Source: Puniceicoccales bacterium
Lineage (GTDB): Bacteria; Verrucomicrobiota; Verrucomicrobiia; Opitutales; JAIRLM01
DNA: 64,000 nt
Assembly: GCA_031259325.1 (NCBI GenBank)
Contig: JAIRLM010000022.1
Coordinates: forward strand, 4,384-68,383
Direction: 5' to 3'
Shown here: piece by piece, positions 9,639 to 18,917 of the stretch
Position numbering within the stretch: the stretch's first letter is position 1
How the letters are laid out: the number at the start of each line of letters is the position of its first letter
Position numbers and translations under genes: made by a program
The notes under the pieces: model-generated
Seen by the model: only the letters and a program-made list of their open reading frames with translations
Databases searched by the model: none
What the model was told of the DNA's origin: nothing

Positions 9639-10085
9639 TTGCATGTAAAAATTTTATGTTTGACAAAGCGGTTGTTGTATTTATTTTACAAAAACATGTC
9701 GAATATTAACCAAATTGCATTACGCATTCTGGGGGTCCCCCTGGAAAAGTGTGATGTATGTACGTGTCAAATTCCGTGCGGTGAGACAAATATCGTCTGT
9801 CCAAATGTGGCCTACAGCTCCTTGCAGAACGTTGTTGGGATGGTTTTGCGATGGATAATTAACGCGACGGGCATTGGTGCGGTCGTCCTCTGGCTATTCA
9901 ACAGCATTTACGAAAACCCCGAAAGCGATGCCCAGTCGGCGACCCAAGCCATAGCCAAAACATATCGGGCGCGCACGACTGCAAAAAAGGAGAAAGATTC
10001 ACAAAAAAGGGAAAAAAACACGCAAGCTGCCAAGCGCATAGAGGACAAATGGGGTTTTTCTGTAAAACAATTCGCGAGCAAATAA
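9639..10085 (+). CDS. Hypothetical small Cys-rich protein with one TM and a Lys-rich tail; likely start at 9696 (MSNINQ...)
   Basis: ORF only, no family recognised. Single hydrophobic segment GIGAVVLWLF, followed by the basic tail KKEKDSQKREKNTQAAKR. Confidence 0.35.
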   Translation: MHVKILCLTKRLLYLFYKNMSNINQIALRILGVPLEKCDVCTCQIPCGETNIVCPNVAYSSLQNVVGMVLRWIINATGIGAVVLWLFNSIYENPESDAQSATQAIAKTYRARTTAKKEKDSQKREKNTQAAKRIEDKWGFSVKQFASK

Positions 10086-10286
10086 GGCCATTTAATTCTA
10101 TGCTACCAACCCAAAGTGATGAAGAGAGTTGCAAAGGGGCAATTTGTTCTAATGTTTGGTAAAAAATTTATAACTTCATACTAATTCAAATGGCGCGTTA
10201 GATATTTTTGTTAATTTTCACAACTTAGCAAAAGTATTACTTGACAGGCACAATTTTTTGCGAAGACTCCTCAACTTCAGGAGGAT

Positions 10287-10850
10287 ATGCGGATGAGTAG
10301 TGGAGCTGGTGATACTGGTGCTGCAGGCGTGGCACCTGTTTTGCGTTACGTTGAAATGCTTGCCACTGAAGCGCGTGACATGCGGGCGCGTCTTATCGGT
10401 GAGTCTGATCCGGGGAAGTGTGCTACGATTCGAGTGTTAATTGACGAGGTCAAAACCGAGATTTCCGTTACCTTGGCAAATCATCAAACGTTTTTCGCAG
10501 TTTTGGCGGCCATAAATGCCGGGCAGATGAATCCGGACGTGGTGGATTACCTCAAGCAGGCGGTTTCTTCCCTGCACGAAGCACTGGAAAGGCAAAAGTC
10601 TGAAAAACGTGCTCCCGATCCCGTTGTTGAGCCGGCGATTTTAACCCAACCGGAATCTCCATCTGCTCCAATGCTAAGGAGGGGCATAGCTGATAGGTTG
10701 GCGGTCGCCGGGGGTACAACTGGCGGTGGTGCCATGTGGGGGGCTGGGATTGGTGCGTGCGTTGCGGGTCCGTTTGGCGCCGCCGCCGGCGCAGGCGTTG
10801 GTGCCCTTGCGGGCGCGGTTGTCGGCCTTGTATCCATGGTGGTGGATTAA
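10287..10850 (+). CDS. Hypothetical protein with C-terminal glycine-zipper membrane anchor
   Basis: AGGAGG lies upstream of the ATG at 10293. The C-terminus is GGTTGGGAMWGAGIGACVAGPFGAAAGAGVGALAGAVVGLVSMVVD (GxxxG repeats). No family recognised for the N-terminal 140 aa. Confidence 0.5.
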   Translation: MRMSSGAGDTGAAGVAPVLRYVEMLATEARDMRARLIGESDPGKCATIRVLIDEVKTEISVTLANHQTFFAVLAAINAGQMNPDVVDYLKQAVSSLHEALERQKSEKRAPDPVVEPAILTQPESPSAPMLRRGIADRLAVAGGTTGGGAMWGAGIGACVAGPFGAAAGAGVGALAGAVVGLVSMVVD

Positions 10851-10868
10851 GCGTGGGGTGATAAATTT

Positions 10869-11552
10869 ATGAGCAGTTTAAGTATAAATAAAGCGGAGTT
10901 TCATGACTTAGGTAACAGCACGGGAATTGAGGGAACCCCTCAGGGAGGTGGCCAAACTGAGCAAGCGGTTACTTCGGTTCCACTCAGCTCTAGTGAACGT
11001 TGTCAACGGTGGCTTCATGGACTTGATCACCGGGGTGTGGATCGCGATGATATGCGTGAACTTTTAGAGGCATTTATGCCCGTCGTTGGGACGGATGGGA
11101 CGCTGTACTACAAAGGAGATGAGGGACTTCCCGCGGAAGAAAGGGAAGCTCATGTTCGCATAAATATGTTAGGAGGTCTCCGTGGGGAGCATGCTGATAA
11201 AATTGAAGCTAGAATGATCGTGTTGAGACGGGCCGGGCGTTCATATGTGGAAATTCTTGACGAACTTAGGCAATCATACGGCGCACGTGTCGCCGAAAAG
11301 CCGGAAGATGCAGTTCCGGGCCAAGTTGTGGAGCGGACGGTCGAGGTTATTCTACCGGCAAGGACGGTTGAAGTTGCTCTGCCTGCACAACCAGGGTTTT
11401 GGCGCGATACCCGCGGACAGGTGGCCACCATCGGAGCGGCTGCAGTTGCCTCAATTGGAGGGATGATCATTTTAGGACCATTTGGCATATTTGCAGGTTT
11501 CGCTTTTTTGCCGCTGTCTGTGTTTTTACTCCAGCGCAGGCGTGATGGGTAA
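10869..11552 (+). CDS. Hypothetical protein with C-terminal Gly/Ala-rich membrane anchor
   Basis: Starts 18 bp after the previous ORF. The C-terminus is VATIGAAAVASIGGMIILGPFGIFAGFAFLPLSVFLLQRRRDG. The architecture parallels 10287-10850. Confidence 0.5.
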   Translation: MSSLSINKAEFHDLGNSTGIEGTPQGGGQTEQAVTSVPLSSSERCQRWLHGLDHRGVDRDDMRELLEAFMPVVGTDGTLYYKGDEGLPAEEREAHVRINMLGGLRGEHADKIEARMIVLRRAGRSYVEILDELRQSYGARVAEKPEDAVPGQVVERTVEVILPARTVEVALPAQPGFWRDTRGQVATIGAAAVASIGGMIILGPFGIFAGFAFLPLSVFLLQRRRDG

Positions 11553-11644
11553 GCGTTTGTGAGCGCAAGGAGGCGCGACGAAGTTTTAACAGCGTTCGCG
11601 AATGAGAAGATTTTCCTGGCGACCTGGTCAAACGAGTCCCTCAT

Positions 11645-11980
11645 TTAGCAGCTGCCATCCGAAAAATCCTTCCCTGCGAGTAAGTGTATGTGCAAGTGTG
11701 GCACGATTTGTCCAGCGGATTTGCCGTTGTTGATGACGATGCGGTAGCCGTCGCCGCCGTATTTTTTTCCCATTTTATTTGCCGCCAATAGCAAATGACC
11801 CAAAAGTGGCACATCCTCTTCGGCCACCGCTGTCAAATTCTCCAGGGGCTTCCGAGGAATGATAAGCAGGTGCGCCGGTGCCTTCGGAGCAATGTCTCGG
11901 ATGACGAAACATAAATCATCTTCGTAAACGATTTCCGACGGGATTTCCCGATTGGCAATTTTTTCGAATAATGTGGCCAT
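11645..11980 (-). CDS. HIT-family (histidine triad) nucleotide hydrolase
   Basis: Histidine triad HLHIHLL near the C-terminus; 111 aa; N-terminal FEKIANREIPSEIVYEDD is typical of Hint proteins. Confidence 0.9.
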   Translation of the reverse strand: MATLFEKIANREIPSEIVYEDDLCFVIRDIAPKAPAHLLIIPRKPLENLTAVAEEDVPLLGHLLLAANKMGKKYGGDGYRIVINNGKSAGQIVPHLHIHLLAGKDFSDGSC

Positions 11981-11993
11981 ATTTCAGCTTTCC

Positions 11994-12560
11994 TTAAATG
12001 ACTTGGACGCCCGGTTCGCCATTCAAATATCCAGCAACCGCGAGGGCAAAATCAATGGCCGCCCGGGGGCCATTTGCCGTAACAAGATTTCCATCTTCAA
12101 CCACGGGTTTTTCCTGCGGCGGCTCGGATAACTCGCCATAAATACACGGATGCGACGTATATTTGCGCCCCTTCAGCAATTGGGCCCACTCGAGCAAGAT
12201 TGGTGCGGCACAAATGGCGGCGATTAGCTTCTGGCCGCGCGAAAAGGACATGATGAGCTGCCGTAACTTTTCATGCTTCCTCAGGGCAAAAACTCCCGCG
12301 CCGCCGGGAATTAGAAGGGCATCAAAATCTTTTTCGTTAAAGTCTTCAACCATGCCATCGACGGCTACCCCAATGCCATGGGCGCCAATTACCAACTCCC
12401 TACTTCCAATGGATGCCATCGTAACAGCAACCCCGGCGCGGCGGAGAACGTCCACGGCCGCCACTGCTTCGATCTCCTCAAAATCCTTAAAAAAGACGAC
12501 TAAGCACCTCTTCACGGGTGTAAACGCTACCATGGCGCGATTCGTTTTCAAGCCCATCAT
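11994..12560 (-). CDS. DJ-1/PfpI family protein
   Basis: FEEIEAV...DALLIPGG...AAICAAP nucleophile-elbow Cys motif. The true start may be the internal Met at 12533. Confidence 0.8.
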   Translation of the reverse strand: MMGLKTNRAMVAFTPVKRCLVVFFKDFEEIEAVAAVDVLRRAGVAVTMASIGSRELVIGAHGIGVAVDGMVEDFNEKDFDALLIPGGAGVFALRKHEKLRQLIMSFSRGQKLIAAICAAPILLEWAQLLKGRKYTSHPCIYGELSEPPQEKPVVEDGNLVTANGPRAAIDFALAVAGYLNGEPGVQVI

Positions 12561-12678
12561 TTTGGCGGATAAGGTTTTTTATTCTCTTGTTTAAACAAAA
12601 ATTATCTAACTAGAAATTTTAGACCATATTTCATTGTTGCCTAAATTAATCTTGCGTCGCGACGATTTTTGGAGGTAA

Positions 12679-13602
12679 ATGAAATACATGGCTCATATGC
12701 TACGGTGGCGGGTTTTTTTTCTCGTCTCCCTTCTTATTGCCGTCGTCCTCCCGCTCGCATGCTTCTGTCCCGTTGTTACCGGGCATGTGAGCAAGGGCGC
12801 CTATGAACTGTTCCGCATTACCCAGCGCCTACCCGTTACGAATGCCATGGTTACCAACTGGATTTTGGCGATTGTGGTCATTTTGGGCGTTCGATTCACA
12901 ATTGGGAAAAAACCGCGTATCGTCCCCGGACGCGGGCAAGCGGCGGTTGAAATGCTGTTGGAAAAACTTCAAGGCTTACTCGAACCCATCGTGGGGAAAC
13001 GCGTCATGCCACATGTATTTCCTCTGCTGCTGACGCTTTTTGTCTATATTCTCGTCCAGAATCTCAGCGGGTTATTTCCAGGCGTCGGGGCTTTTGGCCT
13101 TCGCTCCGGGGATCATTTTTACTACTTTTTCCGACCCACCAACGCCGATCTCAATGCCACCCTCGGCCTTGCCCTGGTCTCCTTCTTTGGCTGGTTTTAC
13201 TTCGTCCTGCGCTACGCGGGACCAAGGGAATTCTTCCACGACACCTTTGGAAACAAGGCCGACAGGAAGGAACTGCCGCTTCTCATATATCTAGGCCTTG
13301 GTCTGGTTTTTATCGGCGTCGGCCTCGTGGACGTCATTTCCATACTTTTTCGAGTCGTTTCCCTGTCTTTCCGCCTTTACGGCAACGTTTTTGGCGGTGA
13401 AAATTTAATCACAAAAATGCTTGGGTTAATGGGATATTTGTTCCCGGTGCCTTTTTATCTTCTTGAAGCCCTCATTGGCCTAATTCAGGCGGTTGTTTTT
13501 ACTATGCTCTCCGCCGTTTACATTGGCCTTTTAACTAACCACGACGCTGAAAGCGGCGGACATGGAGAGCGGTTAACGATGGACACGCGTAGTATAAATT
13601 AA
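12679..13602 (+). CDS. atpB: F-type ATP synthase F0 subunit a
   Basis: Polytopic protein with the conserved stator-arginine helix LSFRLYGNVFGGE. No atpE or atpF follows: only 124 bp separate it from a tRNA. Confidence 0.85.
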   Translation: MKYMAHMLRWRVFFLVSLLIAVVLPLACFCPVVTGHVSKGAYELFRITQRLPVTNAMVTNWILAIVVILGVRFTIGKKPRIVPGRGQAAVEMLLEKLQGLLEPIVGKRVMPHVFPLLLTLFVYILVQNLSGLFPGVGAFGLRSGDHFYYFFRPTNADLNATLGLALVSFFGWFYFVLRYAGPREFFHDTFGNKADRKELPLLIYLGLGLVFIGVGLVDVISILFRVVSLSFRLYGNVFGGENLITKMLGLMGYLFPVPFYLLEALIGLIQAVVFTMLSAVYIGLLTNHDAESGGHGERLTMDTRSIN

Positions 13603-13726
13603 AAATCAGAAAATTGCCATACCGTCGCTACTGCCTATTTTTATCGTGCCATACGCGGTTTTGGCATTTGGAACGGCGATACCCTTTCCCAGGAGTGCAA
13701 TTAAAAAAACTTTTTCCCGCCTCGCG

Positions 13727-13819
13727 TGGCGGAGAGAGAGGGATTCGAACCCTCGGGCCCCGTTTTATGAGGCCACCTTCTTAGCAGGAAGGCGCTTTCG
13801 GCCACTCAGCCATCTCTCC
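13727..13819 (-). tRNA. tRNA-Ser (anticodon GCU), CCA encoded
   Basis: The reverse complement folds as a cloverleaf. Acceptor GGAGAGA/TCTCTCC, anticodon loop CTGCTAA, long variable arm, T-loop GGTTCGAATCC. Confidence 0.9.
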
Positions 13820-13932
13820 CACACCTTGGCTAAGAGATTTTGCGGCGCGGTCAACCAACAACCCTTCGCCATCCGGAGCTTTTTATCCCACGTCACTCAC
13901 GGTCTGGAAACTACCCTTTTTTGAATTGAAAG

Positions 13933-14268
13933 TTAGGTGCGTGGCAGCGAGTCGAGGATTTCGTTGATGCGCAATTCTTTACCGAGGGATGGGTCGTAGC
14001 AGAAATGCAATTCAGGGAATTTCCGCAGGGGTACGCGTTGAGACAGGAGGTATTTGAGCCGGCTTCCCTGATCTTTAAAAAATTGTTCCGCCAGGTTGCG
14101 TGACGGTTCGTCCGGCGTTGAGAAAAATACCCAGCCGTGTTGCAAATCGCCATCAATCGAAACGCGCGTTAGGGTCAGCAGTGTGGACTCATTGGAAAAA
14201 TGCCGATGCAGCAGAATGCTTAATTCCCTCAGCATTATTTCATTACGGCGTGTGGTTCGGGCGGACAT
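13933..14268 (-). CDS. rbfA: Ribosome-binding factor A
   Basis: 111 aa immediately downstream of infB. RbfA-like motif LLTLTRVSIDGDLQHGWVFFS. Confidence 0.85.
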   Translation of the reverse strand: MSARTTRRNEIMLRELSILLHRHFSNESTLLTLTRVSIDGDLQHGWVFFSTPDEPSRNLAEQFFKDQGSRLKYLLSQRVPLRKFPELHFCYDPSLGKELRINEILDSLPRT

Positions 14269-14271
14269 GGC

Positions 14272-17200
14272 TTATAGGCTGGGACGAATTTTTTGCACCT
14301 TGTAACACTCGATGACATCGCCGGCTTGGTAACCCTCAAAGCCAGCCAGGGCAATGCCACATTCAAAACCAGCGCGCACTTCGGTCACATCCTCCTTGGC
14401 CCGGCGCAGGGAGGACACCTTGCCTTCAAAGAGAACCTTTCCGGCCCGGCGGACGCGGAACATGGCGTCACCTTCCCGAACCACCTTACCTTCCGTCACC
14501 ATGCACCCGGCAATGGCATGCTTGGACAGAATAAATACCTGCCGAATTTGTGCCGCACCCAATTTTTCCTCGCGAATTTCCGGCTCTAGCAGATCCGCCA
14601 TGGCATCCCGCACACGATCAATGAGTTCGTAGATGATATCGTGTTGAATGAGGTGGATTCCGTGCTGTTTGAGCAGGGCTTGGACGCCGGTCTCGGGTTT
14701 CACATTAAACGCTACGATGGTGGCCCCGATGGGCTGGGCAAATTCCACATCATTTTTGACAACGGCGCCCACCTCCGCACGGACCATTTCCAGGCCGATT
14801 TTATCCTGGGGCAATTCCCGCAGGCAGGCCTCTAGTGCCTCCACGCTTCCCTGCACGTCCCCCTTAATAATAACCCGGAGGGCGCGCCTTTGTTTCGCAT
14901 TGATGGCGGCAAATAGCGCCTCCACACCCTCCTCGCTCCGGTTAACCAGGCGTCTGGCGGACCGGCGATAGCCACTGGGTGTGCCCTCGGAATTTTCCCG
15001 AATGGCATCCGCACGACTTTCCTCCGCCAGCTCCCGGGCTTCTTTCTCGTCGCTTGTTTGGGCAAAAATGGCACCCACGTCCACCGCATCGGACCAACCA
15101 ATAATCTTGCAGGGTTTCGCCGGAGGGGCCGCCTTTAGGGTCTTTCCGTTGTCGTCCAACATGGCGCGCACCTTGCAATACGCCTCGCCGCAAACGAGTG
15201 TATCGCCCACGTGGAGCGTACCCTGCTGGATAATCACCGAAGCCGTCGGACCACGCCCGATCTCCAATTGCGATTCGATGACCACACCCTGTGCTGGTGC
15301 ACCATAATCCGCCTTCAAATCCAGCATTTCAGCCTGCACGAGAACCAGTTCTAGCAATTTTTTCAACCCGTCGCCGCTTATGGCCGACACCCCCTCGCAA
15401 AGAGTTTCACCGCCCCAGTCTTCCGGCGCGATGTTCCGCTGCTGCATTTGCTGCTTTACCCGGTCGATGTTCGCCCCCTTGGCATCAATTTTGTTGATGG
15501 CCACGATGACGGGAACCCCCGCCCGCTGGGCAAATTTCAGCGCTTCATCGGTTTGGGGCATGAAGCCATCGTCGGCGGCAACCACCAGAATGGCGATGTC
15601 CGTCACGTTGGCCCCCCGCTCGCGCATCTTGGAAAAGGCTGCGTGTCCAGGTGTGTCGATGAAGGTGATGGGCTTGTCGTTGAGGACGATTTCGTAGGCC
15701 CCGATGTGCTGGGTGATTCCGCCCGCCTCACCGGCAACCACGTTGGTTTTTCGGATGCTATCCAGAAGGGTGGTTTTCCCGTGGTCCACGTGTCCCAGAA
15801 CGCAAACGACGGGTGGACGGGGTTCCAACACGGCGTCACGAGCCACCACCTTGGGCTGGGCGGGGAGCATTTTGGCCGCTCCGGCCGCGACCCGTTGAAT
15901 CTCAAACTGGAATCCAAAGCGCTCTCCCAGGCGGCGGGCCAGGGATTCGTCGATTACGTAATTCATCGACGCAAAGATCCCCATGCGCATGAGCTCGGAA
16001 ATGATTTGAAAGGGCTTTAACCCCACGTCCGGGGCCAATTCGCGGACACTCCGGGGAAGTTTTAGCAATAAAATCTTGTTTCCGTTTTCGTCGCTTGCAT
16101 GCGCGTGCGATTGGGAAATACCCGACCGGCGCATCGCCGGCGAAATGGGCGGCGGTGCTTTTTGGGGAAACCCACGCGAATCCGGCCCCGGCCACCGGTT
16201 TCGGTCCGAACGAAAATTACCTCCGCCGCGCTGGCCCGCGCCGCCCACGCCCCGGCGAAATCCGTCACCATCCCGTCGCTGCTGGCCACCACCGAATGGC
16301 GCACTATTGCTCGCCGTGAAGGGGCCCCGCGATCGATCGCCACGAAAATCCCGGCCACGGTTTCGGTCACCAAATGCACTACCGCCGGAACGTCCGCCGA
16401 ACCCACCGCGATTATCCCCTGGACGACCTCCCCGGGGATCAAACGGAGCACCTCCGCGCCCCCGATCACCCTGCCCCGGTCCCGCCGGCTGCCCGCCCGG
16501 CCGATAGTTCCCCCAGCGCCGTGTCTGTCCCTGCAATGCCCCCTGCAAACGCTCCAGTGGTACCATCCGCGGTCGCTCCACGGTGGATTCATCGGTGGAT
16601 TTGAGAAGCGATTGCATGGATTTTCTCTGGACGGTAAACCCGGATGATCCGTGGTCGCCGGTGGAAGCCGGGTGTGGCGCGGCACGTCCGCTGCCAGGGA
16701 ACGATTCCTGAGCGGGGTGTCCGCCTGAGCGGGAGCCTGGAAACGCGGAAAATATGCGGTCATTCCTCCGGTTCTCGCCCGCGGGTCGTGCCGTGGACCG
16801 CGGCGTGGAAAAATCATCCGGCGGCCCAGCGGCCGGAACCAGATCCCGGACCTCAAAACCCTTCCCGCTTCCATCCTCCGCCGGTTCCGTCAAATGCGAT
16901 TCCACGAAATTACGCGGTTCATCCCCTGCCGGGTGCGGCAATCCAGAGTCATTTCCCGTGAGTTTGCTCGGTGTTGCTTCGCTTTCACTATTCTGGGCGG
17001 TGGATTTTTTCTCCGGCTTATCCGTCGGGGATCTGGAAACATTTTTTTTCCTAATTGCGGTGGCAACACCGGAACTTCTCGCCCGCTTTCTGGTCCCAAG
17101 ATCCACCCTGTTCTCGTCTGCTTCCAACGCGCCATCCGCGGCCGGGGCTTCATCCATTGGAATACCAACTTCCTCCGGCGCCCGTTCCGCCACTTTTGCC

Positions 17201-17469
17201 TTGGTATTTTTAATCGATTTGCCGGGTGAAGTTTCCACGTCCTTTGCAGACCGAGCCGACTCCTTTACCCGTGGCGCCGGTTCAACCGGTTTAACCGCCG
17301 CCGGTGCGGACGTGGACCCGCAGTATTCTCGTATGAGATCGTCCGCGTAGATATCGGCGACGTTGCTGGACGCGCTGGCCACGTCGAAACCCCTGGATTT
17401 GAGGATGTCCACCAATTCGCGATTCGATATGCCCAATTTTTTTGACAATTGATAGATGCGCATGCCCAT
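14272..17469 (-). CDS. infB: Translation initiation factor IF-2 with about 470-aa low-complexity N-terminal extension
   Basis: G-domain motifs [17 protein letters not shown] and NKID. nusA-infB-rbfA synteny. Confidence 0.95.
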   Translation of the reverse strand: MGMRIYQLSKKLGISNRELVDILKSRGFDVASASSNVADIYADDLIREYCGSTSAPAAVKPVEPAPRVKESARSAKDVETSPGKSIKNTKAKVAERAPEEVGIPMDEAPAADGALEADENRVDLGTRKRARSSGVATAIRKKNVSRSPTDKPEKKSTAQNSESEATPSKLTGNDSGLPHPAGDEPRNFVESHLTEPAEDGSGKGFEVRDLVPAAGPPDDFSTPRSTARPAGENRRNDRIFSAFPGSRSGGHPAQESFPGSGRAAPHPASTGDHGSSGFTVQRKSMQSLLKSTDESTVERPRMVPLERLQGALQGQTRRWGNYRPGGQPAGPGQGDRGRGGAPFDPRGGRPGDNRGGFGGRSGGSAFGDRNRGRDFRGDRSRGPFTASNSAPFGGGQQRRDGDGFRRGVGGAGQRGGGNFRSDRNRWPGPDSRGFPQKAPPPISPAMRRSGISQSHAHASDENGNKILLLKLPRSVRELAPDVGLKPFQIISELMRMGIFASMNYVIDESLARRLGERFGFQFEIQRVAAGAAKMLPAQPKVVARDAVLEPRPPVVCVLGHVDHGKTTLLDSIRKTNVVAGEAGGITQHIGAYEIVLNDKPITFIDTPGHAAFSKMRERGANVTDIAILVVAADDGFMPQTDEALKFAQRAGVPVIVAINKIDAKGANIDRVKQQMQQRNIAPEDWGGETLCEGVSAISGDGLKKLLELVLVQAEMLDLKADYGAPAQGVVIESQLEIGRGPTASVIIQQGTLHVGDTLVCGEAYCKVRAMLDDNGKTLKAAPPAKPCKIIGWSDAVDVGAIFAQTSDEKEARELAEESRADAIRENSEGTPSGYRRSARRLVNRSEEGVEALFAAINAKQRRALRVIIKGDVQGSVEALEACLRELPQDKIGLEMVRAEVGAVVKNDVEFAQPIGATIVAFNVKPETGVQALLKQHGIHLIQHDIIYELIDRVRDAMADLLEPEIREEKLGAAQIRQVFILSKHAIAGCMVTEGKVVREGDAMFRVRRAGKVLFEGKVSSLRRAKEDVTEVRAGFECGIALAGFEGYQAGDVIECYKVQKIRPSL

Positions 17470-17493
17470 AGATTTACTTTTTCCACTGCGAAC

Positions 17494-18801
17494 TTAGCCT
17501 ACTGTTGCGATTCCACCCGTCGCATTTGTCTTTGCCAAGCGTTTGAAAGTGTCGATGACCTCAACGGCATCTTCCATTGTTAATCCCGCGTCAACCAAAT
17601 CTCCGACCGTTACCCCATTCAATGCCTCCGCGGAGGTTATGCCAATGCCGATGAGCTGACTAATAACCACCTGGCTCACACCCTGAAGTACTCCCAGATC
17701 CGCCGCCGCCTGCTGCAAACCCGCATCAAATTTTGCCTGCGAATCGTTGAGCGTGCCAATGTCCAACCGCCAGTTAAGCAGCCGCGAGGTGAGCCGCGCG
17801 TTCATCCCTCGTTTGCCAATAACCTGTGGCAAATCGTCTTCGGTGACGGCAAATCGAATGCGCTGTTCCTTTTCATTTACTTCCACATTTTGTGGAATAA
17901 CCGGCCACAGCGCTTCCGCCAAAAATTTTGTTAAATCCTCCCGGTAGCGGATGATGTCCAATTTTTCAACGGATAACTCCTTAATGATAGCCTTAATGCG
18001 CATTCCCCGGGAACCCACGCAGGCGCCAACGGGGTCAATGTGCGGATCCTTACTGGCCACGGCGACCTTTGTCCGATAGCCCGCCTCCCGGACCATGCGA
18101 ACGATTTCCACACTACCATCACTAAGCTCGGAAATTTCCAACTGCAGCAACGCGGTCACAAAGCGCGGAATGGACCGGGAAAGAATTAGCGCCGGGTCGT
18201 TTGGCCGCTCGCCAAGACTTAACAGAAGCGCGCGCACGGAATCGCCGATTCTAAGTTCTTCCCCAGGAATCATTTCCCGCTGTGCCAGCAATCCTTCCAC
18301 CTTGCCGATTTCGAGGATGTAGTCCACGAAGGGTCGGCCACCGGGCACCTTGGCCTCGTAGACCTCCTTCCGCCGGACGATGCCACTGACGATTTTCCCC
18401 ACGTGGCTTTCAAATTCACTGCAAACCCGCGTGCGCTCAAAGTCGCGAACGCTATCGTTAATGGCCTGCCGCGCCGCCTGTGCTGCAATACGCCCCAAAA
18501 ATGAGGGATCAATTTCCTGACGAATAGTACCACCAATGCACACCCGAGGATCCAAAAGGCGCGCCTTGCTAATGTGAATTTCCCGCCGCGTGTCACCCAC
18601 CGAGTCAACCACATCCAAAACCGCAAAAGCCTTTAGAGCACCGGTCCGCGGATTGATTTCCACCTCTAGTTTTTGTCCGGCATTTATCCCTCGCTGGGCA
18701 GCCAATGCGATCGCGTCGGAAATCGTGCGAATCATCTCGGCACGCGGAATTCCCTTCTCCTTCTCCAAATATTCCAGCACTGCCAAAATCTGTTGACTCA
18801 T
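17494..18801 (-). CDS. nusA: Transcription termination/antitermination factor NusA
   Basis: An S1 domain plus two KH domains (IGKRGMNARL; ACVGSRGMRIKAI), positioned upstream of infB. Confidence 0.95.
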   Translation of the reverse strand: MSQQILAVLEYLEKEKGIPRAEMIRTISDAIALAAQRGINAGQKLEVEINPRTGALKAFAVLDVVDSVGDTRREIHISKARLLDPRVCIGGTIRQEIDPSFLGRIAAQAARQAINDSVRDFERTRVCSEFESHVGKIVSGIVRRKEVYEAKVPGGRPFVDYILEIGKVEGLLAQREMIPGEELRIGDSVRALLLSLGERPNDPALILSRSIPRFVTALLQLEISELSDGSVEIVRMVREAGYRTKVAVASKDPHIDPVGACVGSRGMRIKAIIKELSVEKLDIIRYREDLTKFLAEALWPVIPQNVEVNEKEQRIRFAVTEDDLPQVIGKRGMNARLTSRLLNWRLDIGTLNDSQAKFDAGLQQAAADLGVLQGVSQVVISQLIGIGITSAEALNGVTVGDLVDAGLTMEDAVEVIDTFKRLAKTNATGGIATVG

Positions 18802-18917
18802 CTGCCTGACCAGCCCTCTCTCGAGTCGTACGTACCCAGCGGATGGTTTTTGTCAAGAAAAGTCCAGATTTTTAACCCTGTGCTTTCTCTTGCGGTCTTT
18901 CGGCCCGGTGTTTTGTC

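Noticed and set aside
13646-13924. 92-aa + strand ORF
   Set aside because: It overlaps tRNA-Ser(GCU) in antisense. The sequence ...ERDSNPRAP... is the typical translation of a tRNA T-arm.
16062-16874. Several 74-270-aa ORFs on both strands inside infB
   Set aside because: They lie within the GC-rich RG/Pro low-complexity region of IF-2, which is open in multiple frames. IF-2 itself is continuous through the region and carries the conserved G domain downstream.
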